A stretch of 36,830 bases of DNA from Candidatus Altimarinota bacterium. Its GTDB lineage: Bacteria; Patescibacteriota; Gracilibacteria; BD1-5; UBA2023. Shown here one piece after another: positions 21,401 through 31,375 of this stretch (within the stretch, counting starts at the first letter, position 1; each line of letters opens with the position of its first letter). The DNA is taken from contig JAYTJD010000025.1 of NCBI GenBank assembly GCA_043731405.1, positions 1 to 36,830 on the forward strand, read 5' to 3'. The position numbers and the translations under genes were made by a program. The notes under the pieces were generated by a model. It saw only the letters and a program-made list of their open reading frames with translations. It was not told the origin of the DNA and did not search any database.

Positions 21401-23631
21401 TAACCAATAAGTCAGAATATGCGTGGGACTGGGATGGGGATGGCCGTATCGATGAGAAGAGTACTACATCGAGCATAGAGCATATCTATACACGAGCAGG
21501 TGACTACAATATGAAAATCCGTGTCACCAACAATGGGGTATCCAATAGTAAATATCAAAAAATACAAGTAAAAAATAAGCTCAAAGCTGGGGTCTACGGA
21601 TACAAGCTCCCGGATAATAGGATCTACCTGATGAATGCATCAGAAGGTGCCTACGAAACATCCCGATGGGAAGTAGGATCTACTGTATCTGATTCACCTA
21701 CATGAGTCATACTCGACAGTACGAATCTCCCTACAACTGGTAAACTCACGATATCGAGCAATACCAGTGATACATCTACCACAGATATAGACCTCTCAGT
21801 GCTCGAAACGATCTCAGGAACAGGTGTACTGTACCAATCATATCCAAGAGCAGTCGATGATACCATCACAGTGAAAAATCCGGGTGATACTCTACTCATC
21901 TCGATGTATGGAAATACAGCAACAAACTACGCTATCGATACGGATACCCTGATCGATACAAGTCTCGATGGTACTCCAGATAATGATGCAGATAACAAGC
22001 TCGATACATCATATACTGACGGCTCTACATATACATTCCATGATCTCTCGGGTACGAACAAGCGTGAACGCAAAATAGTGCTCTCTCTCATATCGAGTGG
22101 ATCGGTAGTGGCAAGCCGTACGATCACTGTCATCCTCGACTATATCGCAAGTACGAGCGAGGCGGATATATCACTCACAGGGAGCACAGCAGGACTCAGT
22201 ACAGCTGATAGGACCAAGCTCGAGGAGCTCTCAAAACTCATCCGAGAACTCACAGATAGTGATCGTATCATCCTCATGCAGCGATACAATACCCTAGTCG
22301 AGAACTGGAACAATACATTCGACAAGGCAAAATCACTCATCGACATCCAAGAAGGTATCGAGAGCGGAGCTATGACTAGTGACCAAAAGACGAAACTCTC
22401 AAAAGTAGTAGACGACCTACTCATCGGTGACTCACAAGTCACGGATGAGATAGCTATTGCGGTACGTCTCATCCGAGACCTCATCCCTGCAGAGAGTCCG
22501 AACCACGATGTACTCATATCGAAGTTGTCAGAAATCGAGTCACACCCGACACTCCTCACCGAGAACAAAAAACTCGGTAAAGAGATGCTCGTGCTCATCG
22601 AGACGGATACTACTATTCCTGATAAATACAAAGTCCATATCAAAAATCAACTCTCTATCATAGTAAATGGTGGATCTAGTGGTGTGACAACTGATAGTAC
22701 TGGATCAGTCATAGCAGAAGAGACTCCATCAACATGAGGTGGGATACTCGGATTTATCAGTGGATTTATCAAAATATTCTTTATCATAGTTGGTATCATT
22801 CTCCTGATTGGGGTTATTGGATTCATTTTTTATCGCCTCTCACGCAAAGATGATAATATCTGATTCCAGGACTTCCTGATTGACTCAGTATTCCATAGTC
22901 GCAAGGCGACACCTATCACCGTCGATACGAGTAGCAGTAGCGTAGTGGTCAACTGAGCACCTCCGCTCCCAAAAGAGGATCCTCTCGTCAGTTATACCCC
23001 AGCTCCTCCGATTGTGTCAACTCCATCCCCTGCCATAGATCCACTCACGACTGTTACACCTATTGTAATAAATACACAGCCTATATCAGCAGCCCTATTA
23101 ACAAGCGACAGTGTACCTGATTGGCTCAAGGCACCGTCGAGCATAGAAAAAGAGATGCCAAAAATAGAATCTACTCCAATAGCACAAACTATAGACTCCA
23201 TGTCTCCATTGTTTGAGGTCAATACACCAGAACCACCACCCATAGCTCCGACTCCGACGACGACTCTCTCCGATGATGGTATCCCTGACTGGATCAAAAA
23301 TAGTCCTGCAAATACCGATATACCCGTAGCGATAGACCCACTCGCGGCACCAAGTAACACTCTCGTTGATGGAGATAGCTTATCAAAAATAACTCCTACG
23401 ACAGAGCAACTCCCCGATTGGCTGATGAGCTCTGTCCAATCGGATACAACCCCTATATCTACATCTGATACTATAGATCCTCTCGTATCGCCATCATCAG
23501 AGACGCCGGTAGACACCGCACCGGTACAGGCTGTCAAAAAACCAGTCAAAAAATCCAAGAAAATAGAAGAAGTAGATACAACCTCTACACCACCAGCCCC
23601 TACAAGCGATATACCGAGTTGGTTGAAATAA
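18445..23631 (+). CDS. Giant surface protein (1728 aa): signal peptide, Cys-rich stretch, T4SS-pilin (TrbC/VirB2)-like two-helix domain, about eight PKD/Ig-like domains, helical domain, TM anchor, Pro/Thr-rich tail with PDWL repeats
   Basis: Nine track ORFs (18394.., 18679.., 19456.., 19786.., 20392.., 20740.., 21799.., 23014.. and others) are all in frame 1. I translated every gap and found 12 TGA but no TAA or TAG. ATG at 18445, TAA at 23629-23631. Pilin-like segment IVTYLMTFISIIAVIYIIYAGFQLMIGAGDEEKMKKTRQIILYVVLGILIMWLAYPI. PKD signatures include WEFGNGN, YTWRLDG, FEWNMGDGT...HTYKQSGVYNIVMSV and WDWDGDGRID...HIYTRAGDYNMKIRV. TM helix ILGFISGFIKIFFIIVGIILLIGVIGFIFY. Confidence 0.85.
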
Positions 23632-23664
23632 AAAAAAGGATAGTAAACATACTATCCTTTTTTT
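23631..23664 (+). terminator. Rho-independent terminator after the giant gene
   Basis: AAAAAAAGGATAGTA (23631-23645) and TACTATCCTTTTTTT (23650-23664) flank the loop AACA. Confidence 0.7.
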
Positions 23665-23731
23665 GAAAACCGTTTCTTTTTGACGAAAAAGATGTATTTT
23701 GGTATACTGATTCTATAATTTCTTTTTTCCT

Positions 23732-26044
23732 ATGGATACTCTCCCAAACAATACGAGTGCAGTAGCTCCAACCACATCTCCATCGCTTCTCGATCAGATC
23801 ATCCAGACTTCGCATGAGTCATCTCTCTCGGGAGTTATACCCACGGTAGTGGTAGGGCCTGATACTGCTAGTACGAGTCAAATAACTCCAATACGCAAGC
23901 CACGTGACCCTATGACCGCAGGAACAGTACTCAAGCTTATAGCATCACTACTTCTTGTTACGGTTATATTTTTTGGGAGCTTTTTAGCGTATGTTGTATT
24001 CAACCCAGATCAAGCGGCCTTTTTTGTCAATATATTTGGGATCGATCCGAATACTATACAGAATCTGTTGAAGTGATTGATCAATGGCAGTTTTGGTATC
24101 ACAGTGCTTATTTTTTCTATCGTGTGGATCACGAGTCTGTTTCGAGCGATATGGACACCTCGAGATCAAAAAAGACGCCGACTCATCAGTTGGCTCACAG
24201 CTGGTACGTTGGGTATTTTTCTCTTTAGTATTCTTGCCTTTTGGGCGTATCTTTTTAATATTATCAATGCAACCGACTATGCCAATCTCGGTGGTGATGT
24301 GAGTATATATGACAATGATCTCTATACGTATGCAGAGTCACTCCCCTTTGCTCGTGTAGGCTCTACTACGAGTCTCGTGGGTCCAATCAGTCTCAGATAT
24401 GATATATCGACCAATGCCCGTACCGTGGCCAAAAAAAATCTGATCACTATAACTGGATATGAGATCAATTTCGATGGAGCAAAGTGTGCCAATGATAAAT
24501 CTATCATGAATGGGTCTGATCCAACCACAGAAAAATGACTCATTTGTACATTCGACCAGGTGCGTACCTACAATATCCGAGGATCGTATACTGCTAGGAA
24601 CAAACTCGGTGAAACAGTACAGATCGATATACCGCTCTCAACTGTAGAGATCAAGTGACTCATCGAGAGCAATATCAATACCAACAAAGATGGCAAGAAA
24701 ATCATGACTATCTCTGCTGCCAAGGTTAAAAATCTCTGAAATCCCCGATGGAGGTATGCAACTATAGGGAGCTCTGATGAAGCAAAACCATCCATCACTG
24801 AGATTATATCGTCAACACCACTCCTGGTATGTCTGAAATTATTTGATACAGCGTGTGATAGATATTTTCTTATCAGTGATATCAGCGAGCATCGTATCGA
24901 GTGATCACTTTCATTCGTACAAGACTCTTTCAAGCCCCTATCAATAGTTGTATCACTCACTGGCACTACACTCCCAATCAATGAGATTGTCAGTATAGAC
25001 TGGATAGCCGATGACGGTACTCGTATGTGCCAATGAACATCTGAGAGTTGTGGGTATTCATTTTTGACCTATGGATCCAAGACTGTGACTGCTACGATAC
25101 GTCTCGCGAACAAAACAAGCTACCCTATAGAATGAACTGTAGTCATCAATGAGCCCCTCATCATCGCAAGACATGCACAGATACAAGATATAGATGGAAA
25201 ACTTCTTAATACACCTGAAACCTATGACCCTACGGTAAATGGCTATATCATACAGGGTCTCATCGCCCCCACTCGTATCACACTCGATGCTCGGGATGTC
25301 GTGAGTGAGAATCTCGGATATAGAGTGACAAATATCATCTGGAAAATAACAGATGGTAAAAACACTACAGAACTCGTCGGTGAACAGGTCTCATATGAGG
25401 TGAATCGCACCGATCGATATACAATAGAGGCTATGTATACTCTCGAAAAAAATATAGTCACGAGTAGCTCAGATACACGCACTGCTCGGGATCTCATCAT
25501 CCTCGATCTCGAACGCAAATCACTCGAACCAATACTGAAGATACAACAGTCGAGCGACTATACTCCAGCGAAGGTAACTGTCGATGCATCGACCTCCCGT
25601 AGCAAAAATGGAACGATCCAAAAATTCATTTTTGATTTTGGTGAGTGAAAACCCCAAACAGAGGGGGATGCTATCCAGACCTACGAATATCGTACACCAG
25701 GTGAGAAAAAAGTCACCCTCACCATCATCGATAATAACAATGAGCAAGTAACGATCAGCAAATATATCATTCTCAAAGATACTCCGAAAAATCTTGCATT
25801 TACTACGAGTATGTCACCATGAATTATTGGCTCTGCTGTAACATTCACCGCTGATGGTACTACTGGACAGATCGATGAATATATCTGGAATTTTTGAGAT
25901 AATACGCCTATTAGCAAATGATATGAGATAGATCATATCTTCAGTAAAGCTGAGAACTACAGTATCACCTTGACAGTACGATACACTGATGGAACAGAGC
26001 GAACAACGACTCAGGTATTCCGAGTCGATACGTCTCTCGAATAA
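23732..26044 (+). CDS. Polytopic membrane protein with large extracytoplasmic region ending in two PKD domains (770 aa)
   Basis: ORFs 23732..24076, 24077..24538 and 25301..25648 share frame 2, and the gaps contain only TGA. Three TM helices (VLKLIASLLLVTVIFFGSFLAYVVF, SFGITVLIFSIVWITSLF, LTAGTLGIFLFSILAFWAYLF). PKD signatures FIFDFGE-G-KPQTEGDAIQTYEYRTPGEKKVTLTIID and YIWNF-G-DNTPISK-G-YEIDHIFSKAENYSITLTV. TAA at 26042-26044. Confidence 0.8.
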
Positions 26045-26060
26045 ATATAGTAGTTTAAAC

Positions 26061-26092
26061 AAAAAAAAATCTGATTAATCAGATTTTTTTTT
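26061..26092. terminator. Bidirectional terminator between convergent genes
   Basis: Perfect 32-nt palindrome AAAAAAAAATCTGATT/AATCAGATTTTTTTTT. It overlaps the last codons of pyrH. Confidence 0.65.
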
Positions 26093-26815
26093 GTTGTGTT
26101 TTTTGGTATGGACATATGTACCTCGTATCTCCTCAGATCAGATCAGGTGCGTATCCTCGATCCGACAGACGAATATCGGCATATCCTCATCATGAGCCAG
26201 TGCGATAGCAGTCTGATCCATGATTCTCAGGTTCTTATGGAGAGCCTCCTCGAGCGAAAGGATCTCATAGTGCACTGCATCTGTGTGTTTCTTTGGGTCT
26301 TTATCATATATGCCATCTACCTTGGTTGCCTTCACTACACAGTCACACTGGAGCTCGAGGGCCCTGAGTACTGATGCTGAGTCAGTAGTAGCATACGGGT
26401 TGCCTGTACCGCCTACACAGATCACGACTCTCCCTTTCTCCATATGACGGAGTGCTCGCCTCGCTATGAAGTCCTCAGCTACTCGATGTGTCGGTACTGC
26501 TGACATCACTCGTACATCGACTCCAGCTGCCTCGATCGCTTCTCCTATAGCGAGTCAATTGATGATGGTAGCAAGCATCCCCATCTGATCTCCGATCACT
26601 CGATCAAATCCACCCTCCTCGAGTTGAATCCCACGGAAAATATTCCCACCACCGATCACTATCGCAATCTCGAGATGGCGGACCTGTACGAGATATACGA
26701 TCTTCTCAGCAATATAGGCGAGGAACACTGGATCGATCCCATATCACTGTTTTCATTGCAGGGCTTCACCAGAGAGTTTGAGGAGTATTCGTTTTGGGTT
26801 GTGATATTTTTTCAT
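26075..26815 (-). CDS. pyrH: UMP kinase (246 aa)
   Basis: ATG at 26815 reads [29 protein letters not shown] (both G are TGA; compare the conserved [13 protein letters not shown]). Further motifs [10 protein letters not shown] and [25 protein letters not shown]. The standard-code ORF 26138..26509 is only the middle part. TAA at 26075-26077. Confidence 0.9.
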
Positions 26816-26817
26816 AC

Positions 26818-27426
26818 CTAGAGTGAGATGTTGTTACCGAACAGGACAAATATAACAGAAAATCAGAGCACGAGGATAAAGAGGATAACGAGTGTGATGA
26901 TCGCTGAGTTGCGTTTGCCTACCTCGGATTCGAGCGTGGTGATCCGCCTCCCGAGAGCATCGGCATCATTATCCGATTTGGATTTTGCTGATTCAAGGAG
27001 GAATGCATTTTTTTTGTATTCGAGTACTGGCACAGAGCTCGCGAGCTCTGTCTCGGCCTTTCCGAGCTTGTATGAGAGCTCTTGAATGGTAGTATCCTTG
27101 CGGGCAATCTGATCACGAGCATCCTCATAGATACGTACGATTTCTGCTAGGGCTATATTCGACTGCTTGGGATCTGCGATATGTCTCCCTTTTGTCACGA
27201 TCTCTGGGATCTCACGCTCCGGTAGATCATCATGGATGACAATATAATCCTCTTCACGACGAGCTGGATCTGCCATACGGAGCGTCTCAATGTCATCTTC
27301 TTCGAGGTACATCTTTTTGCCAATACGGCGAGTACGGATACGCTCCGCCTGGATATGTCTATCTATCGTACGAGATGAGACTCCGAGACGACGCGATGCC
27401 TGATCTCTATCGAGGGAAAAAGCCAT
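26818..27426 (-). CDS. HTH (excisionase/MerR-like) - coiled-coil - C-terminal TM protein (202 aa)
   Basis: ATG at 27426 reads MAFSLDRDQASRRLGVSSRTIDRHIQAERIRTRRIGKKMYLEEDDIETL (helix-turn-helix). A coiled coil follows (IQELSYKLGKAETELAS...RRITTLESEVGK), then a hydrophobic tail AIITLVILFILVL-G-FSVIFVLFG. The TAG at 26818-26820 lies 2 nt before the pyrH start. Confidence 0.65.
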
Positions 27427-27542
27427 ACAAAAAATAGTAAAATATGAATGCAATGAGTGTATAAAAAACCTGAGAAAAATCAAACAAAAAACTACTCCAA
27501 GTGTATAAGTTAGTTAGATTATCTAGCTTCTGTTTTCTATAG

Positions 27543-28598
27543 TTACAATTCGGATGATCTCTCTTTGAAATTCTGGATTACAGTGTTGTAGGCTCGAAGA
27601 TAATCAAGGGTCATGTTCTTATAATTGAAAAAACTTTTTGTTCTACTCGATATATACGTCCTATCCATATCAAAGCAATCTTGAATTTTGTGGTATCATT
27701 CTTCAAAGTCTTCGACCAATATTCCAGTTTTTCACTCTTCGATGAGTTCTGGCATAGATCATTTTTTGATTGCTAGTGTAGGAGTACCGCAATATGCAGA
27801 CTCTAATACAGTCAGACCAAAAGGTTCTCTAAATCCGGTAGGATGTATATTGCATTTTGCATTACTTATAAGCTCTATTTTATCCTTCATTTCCAATTCT
27901 CATAGATATTCTATAAGAGGATTATTCAGATATGGCTTGATCTCTTCAATAAAGTATTCAAACCCAAAAAAATCTATTTTTCATCACATTTTTAATTTTA
28001 TTCACAATTGTAGTGCCAACTGTATAGCAAGATGGGGATTTTTCGTTTCATCAAATCTACCAATAAAGCAAATATAGTCCTCTGGTGTTTCATTAAAAGG
28101 AAATTCATCCGGATCTATTCAATTATAACAATTTCAACAATACCGTAATCCTGGGAATGCTTCTTGTTGGTTTTTAGAAATACTTGCATAAAAAAGCTCT
28201 CGTCTTTCTTCATAATATTGCATATTTTCCATAATGATTGGACCATGCAAAGTTGTGATATTCGGTACATCACGAAAATCTAGGAGATCGAATCCATGAG
28301 AATGTATGATATCAACATCTCACTTTATACTATGTAAAATTTTTTTTGTTGTGTCAAGAATTCATTTAATTTTGATTTCTACTTCAATATTTTCTTCTGG
28401 TGTCTTTCAGAAATTTATTGACTTTTCGCAAGTTGGTATGACTTCACAGCTCACATCACTGTCTCCGGGTCAGATAAGAATCGGTTCATGCCCGAGTTCT
28501 TGTAACCCTTTAATCAGATAAAAAATAACTCGCTCTGTTCACCCATACTTCTTAGGGGGCACTGGGAGATATGGAGAAGAAATTATGGCTATTTTCAT
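27543..28598 (-). CDS. Glycosyltransferase family 4 (GT-B, group 1), 351 aa, 14 in-frame UGA
   Basis: This gene is absent from the standard-code track. ATG at 28598 reads MKIAIISSPYLPVPPKKYG-G-TERVIFYLIKGLQELGHE. C-terminal nucleotide-sugar motif EPFGLTVLESAYCGTPTLAIKK-G-SMPELIEE-G-KTGILV. TAA at 27543-27545. Confidence 0.85.
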
Positions 28599-28612
28599 AG
28601 TTTTTAAGTTTA

Positions 28613-28684
28613 GAATTAAACCAAAAAAAATCACGATTTAATATAGAAAATCCCATCCATTATAACAAGTTTTTGGTTTAATTC
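28613..28684. repeat. 15-nt perfect inverted repeat GAATTAAACCAAAAA / TTTTTGGTTTAATTC with 42-nt spacer
   Basis: Arms at 28613-28627 and 28670-28684, starting 15 nt upstream of the GT4 start codon. Confidence 0.6.
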
Positions 28685-28806
28685 AATATTTGATGCTCAT
28701 AAATACTCCTCACACTATCTGAATCTTTATCAGAAGAAGAATAGATCGATACTACTAGGAATAAGGTTAGTAATTTTACTTTTCAGTGTGGATTTACTCG
28801 AGAAAT

Positions 28807-28824
28807 TTGTCTTCTTTTTGTCTT
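28807..28824 (+). promoter_or_regulatory. Direct repeat TTGTCTT-N4-TTGTCTT (11-nt period), copy A
   Basis: Repeats at 28807-28813 and 28818-28824, with TATACT 21 nt downstream (28846-28851). A near-identical block occurs at 33631-33648. Confidence 0.4.
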
Positions 28825-29498
28825 TTCATCTTGAACTTTATTTTCTATACTAAAAAAGCGTCTTTAAAACTTTGAATTAAATGGTAATCATTCACTCATT
28901 GAGATTGTTCAATAAGTAGAGGATAAAAGTTTATAGAAAACAAAGTAAATAAATAAAAAAACTATCAGATTTATTCTTCATGTGTTATTTATTATATTGT
29001 ATCAATTACATCATACAATGTCACAGAGGAACGATGAATAATAACCTAACTCAAGGATATTTTAGTGGATATGATTAGCTATGGACACTATCGTAGTATT
29101 GTCCCGTTGCGAATTGGGAAGCTCATAGATTGAAGAGTATTATCTCTCTTGTTGTTATTCCTGAATTAATTCATTGTTAATTTCCTTTCCTATAATAATT
29201 ATACATGGTAGATATTTTTAATCTTTTAAGTATTAAGCATATGTTTTGTTGATATAAAAATATACATCACGTATGAATCCGATCACCGACAACAATGGGT
29301 ACATTTTTATATATTGTTTGAATATAATCTAAAAAATAATTTACATGTATATTCACTCAGTTATGAAAAGTTAAAATAATTTATTGATAATTGCAATGGC
29401 AGTTACGATAGTAGTAATAAATATATTTTTCTAATATAAAAAAATCTAAATAGAAAATCGAATTATGATTAACGCAATAACATTAACACTATGAACAC

Positions 29499-31277
29499 AT
29501 GAAACAATTGCATAAAAAAATTATCAGTTGAGCAGTAGTAACAACACTACTCCTCTTAACCAACATCAACGCATTTGCATCGAGTCACCGTGAAGCTCCT
29601 ATAATTAGTGGAGATCCAAGGGTAGATGCAACTGATCTATACGCATTCGTGAGTCCTGACCAGACGGATACAGTGACACTGATTGCGAACTATATACCAT
29701 TCGAGGAACCAGCAGGTGGGCCCAATTTTGACACATTCGATGACAATGCTCTCTATGAGATCAATATTGATAATAATGGTGATGCCATACCTGACACCAT
29801 TTATCAGTTCAGATTCAAGACTACTGTCGGTAACCCGAATACATTCCTCTACAATGTTGGGGCGATAGAGTCACTGACGGATCCTGACTGGAACGTTCGT
29901 CAGACATATACTCTCACGAAAATAGAGAATGAAGTATCTACAGTACTCGGTACTGATCTGATGTCTCCCCCAGTCAATATCGGACCCAAGTCAACACCTA
30001 ACTATGCAGCTCTGCAAGCATCTGCAATCCACACTCTACCAAGCGGTATAAAAGTATTTGCTGGACAAAGTGCTGATCCATTTTTCGTAGACCTTGGATC
30101 TACTTTTGATCTCCTATCAATACGTAATTTACCAGGTAATGCTGGTGGAGGAATCAATACAACAAAAGGGTTCAACGTGCACTCTCTCGCACTCCAGATC
30201 CCTAAAGTTCAGTTAACTAAAAACAAAGTAATACCTACAGACGCCACTAGTGGTGACGCTGTGATCGGAGTATGGACAACAGCCTCTCGTATGAGTACTC
30301 GTGTACTCAACACCAATGGAACTCAAGATAACTCGGGTCCATGGGTACAAGTATCTCGTCTCGGTGCTCCTCTCGTGAATGAGGTAGTTGTTCCTCTCGG
30401 AGCAAAAGATCTCTTCAATAGATCTAAGCCAAAGAATGATGCTCAGTTCGCAAATGGAGTAGCTGATCCAGAGGTAGGCAAACTCCTCTATGCTCTCTAT
30501 AATATACAAGTCCCTCCTCAGTGACCATTTGGCTCTGGAAATGCACGAGATGATCTTGTAGCAATATTTCTCACAGGAATACCTCAGCTCACTCAACCTA
30601 CAAATGTAGTAGCATCTGAACAGCTCCGTCTCAATCTAGCCATAGCACCTACTGCTAGTCCTAATAGACTCGGTGTACTCGGTGGTGATACTGCAGGATA
30701 TCCAAATGGGCGTAGGCTCACTGATGATGTGATAGATATATCACTCCAAGCAGTAGCAGGAGCTGCGTATCCTCTATTTCATACAGGATTCGTTGCTGAT
30801 CCTACATGACTCAAGCTCGGTGATGGAGTAGATGCAACTGACTCAGTTCTACGTACTACCTTCCCATACATGGGTCTCCCAAATCGTGGATTCGAGAGCG
30901 TACCACATGGTAACTACTCAATGGGTAATAGTGGAACTGGAGTCACTGGAACTGGAGTCACTGGAACTGGTACAACTGGAACTGGAGTCACTGGGACTGG
31001 ATACACAGGAACTGGAATGACAGGGACTGGATACACAGGAACTGGAATGACAGGGACTGGAAACTGAAATGGTTCAGTATTTGTTATATGTAATATAACA
31101 GATCGTCTTGAGTACAAATCTAGAGGACAAGTAGTCAAATGTCTGCAACAATATCTCAAGGATAATTGATACATCAGTATCAAGAATCCAACAGAATTCT
31201 TCGGAATAGTCACTAGAGAAGGCCTGAAAAAATGGCAGAGAAATAACAGACAAGAAGCAACAGGATATCTCAATTAA
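29499..31277 (+). CDS. DUF4331-family secreted protein fused to a GTGxT repeat linker and a C-terminal peptidoglycan-binding-like domain (592 aa)
   Basis: ATG at 29499 reads MKQLHKKIIS-G-AVVTTLLLLTNINAFA/SSHREAPIISGDPRVDATDLYAFVSPD (the DUF4331 N-terminal signature). It is in frame with ORFs 29649..30524 and 30870..31067. The tail ICNITDRLEYKSRGQVVKCLQQYLKDN-G-YISIKNPTEFFGIVTREGLKKWQ resembles PG_binding_1. TAA at 31275-31277. Confidence 0.8.
30933..31064 (+). repeat. Tandem 15-nt repeat (about 8.8 units) encoding GTG(V/T/Y/M)T pentapeptides
   Basis: GGAACTGGAGTCACT and variants. The 30-nt unit GGGACTGGATACACAGGAACTGGAATGACA is duplicated exactly (30993-31022 and 31023-31052). The repeat is in frame within the DUF4331 gene. 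Confidence 0.9.
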
Positions 31278-31315
31278 ATCTTATATCTAAGTATCTCTTT
31301 AGTGGTTCTTTCATA

Positions 31316-31344
31316 GTAACATCACGATTCTATCGTGATGTTAC
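31316..31344 (+). promoter_or_regulatory. 13-bp perfect stem hairpin/palindrome GTAACATCACGAT-TCT-ATCGTGATGTTAC
   Basis: Lies between the DUF4331 stop (31277) and the TPR gene start (31376). No U-run follows it. Confidence 0.5.
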
Positions 31345-31375
31345 ACTTGAGTGAATCTTCATAAATATCAACACT

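Noticed and set aside
26672-26681. A 10-nt match (GAGATGGCGG) between pyrH and the ssrA 3' end, as a possible att duplication bounding an island
   Set aside because: It is too short and lies inside conserved pyrH coding sequence (VRHLE). No integrase is present, and the match does not include the ssrA terminus.
27688-28521. Plus-strand ORFs 27688..28077 and 28306..28521
   Set aside because: They are antisense to the GT4 glycosyltransferase, which has unambiguous motifs on the minus strand under table 25. The plus-strand products are Ser/Ile/Phe-rich with no motifs.
28797-28832. Minus-strand mini-ORF MKRQKEDKFLE overlapping the TTGTCTT box. The second copy (33541..33690) also encodes KRQKEDKF, with only synonymous differences
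   Set aside because: The ORF context is not conserved: 11 codons with an ATG in one copy, against about 42 codons with no ATG in the other. Flanking blocks have different spacing. The two synonymous-looking changes are too few to argue for coding, so a DNA-level motif is the simpler reading.
30933-31064. The tandem 15-nt repeats as a possible CRISPR array
   Set aside because: The units are contiguous with no spacers, far shorter than CRISPR repeats, and in frame inside a coding sequence. No cas genes are present.
30914-31273. Minus-strand ORF encoding PVPVTPVPV repeats
   Set aside because: It is the mirror image of the in-frame GTGxT repeat of the DUF4331 gene, so it is an artefact of the repeat.
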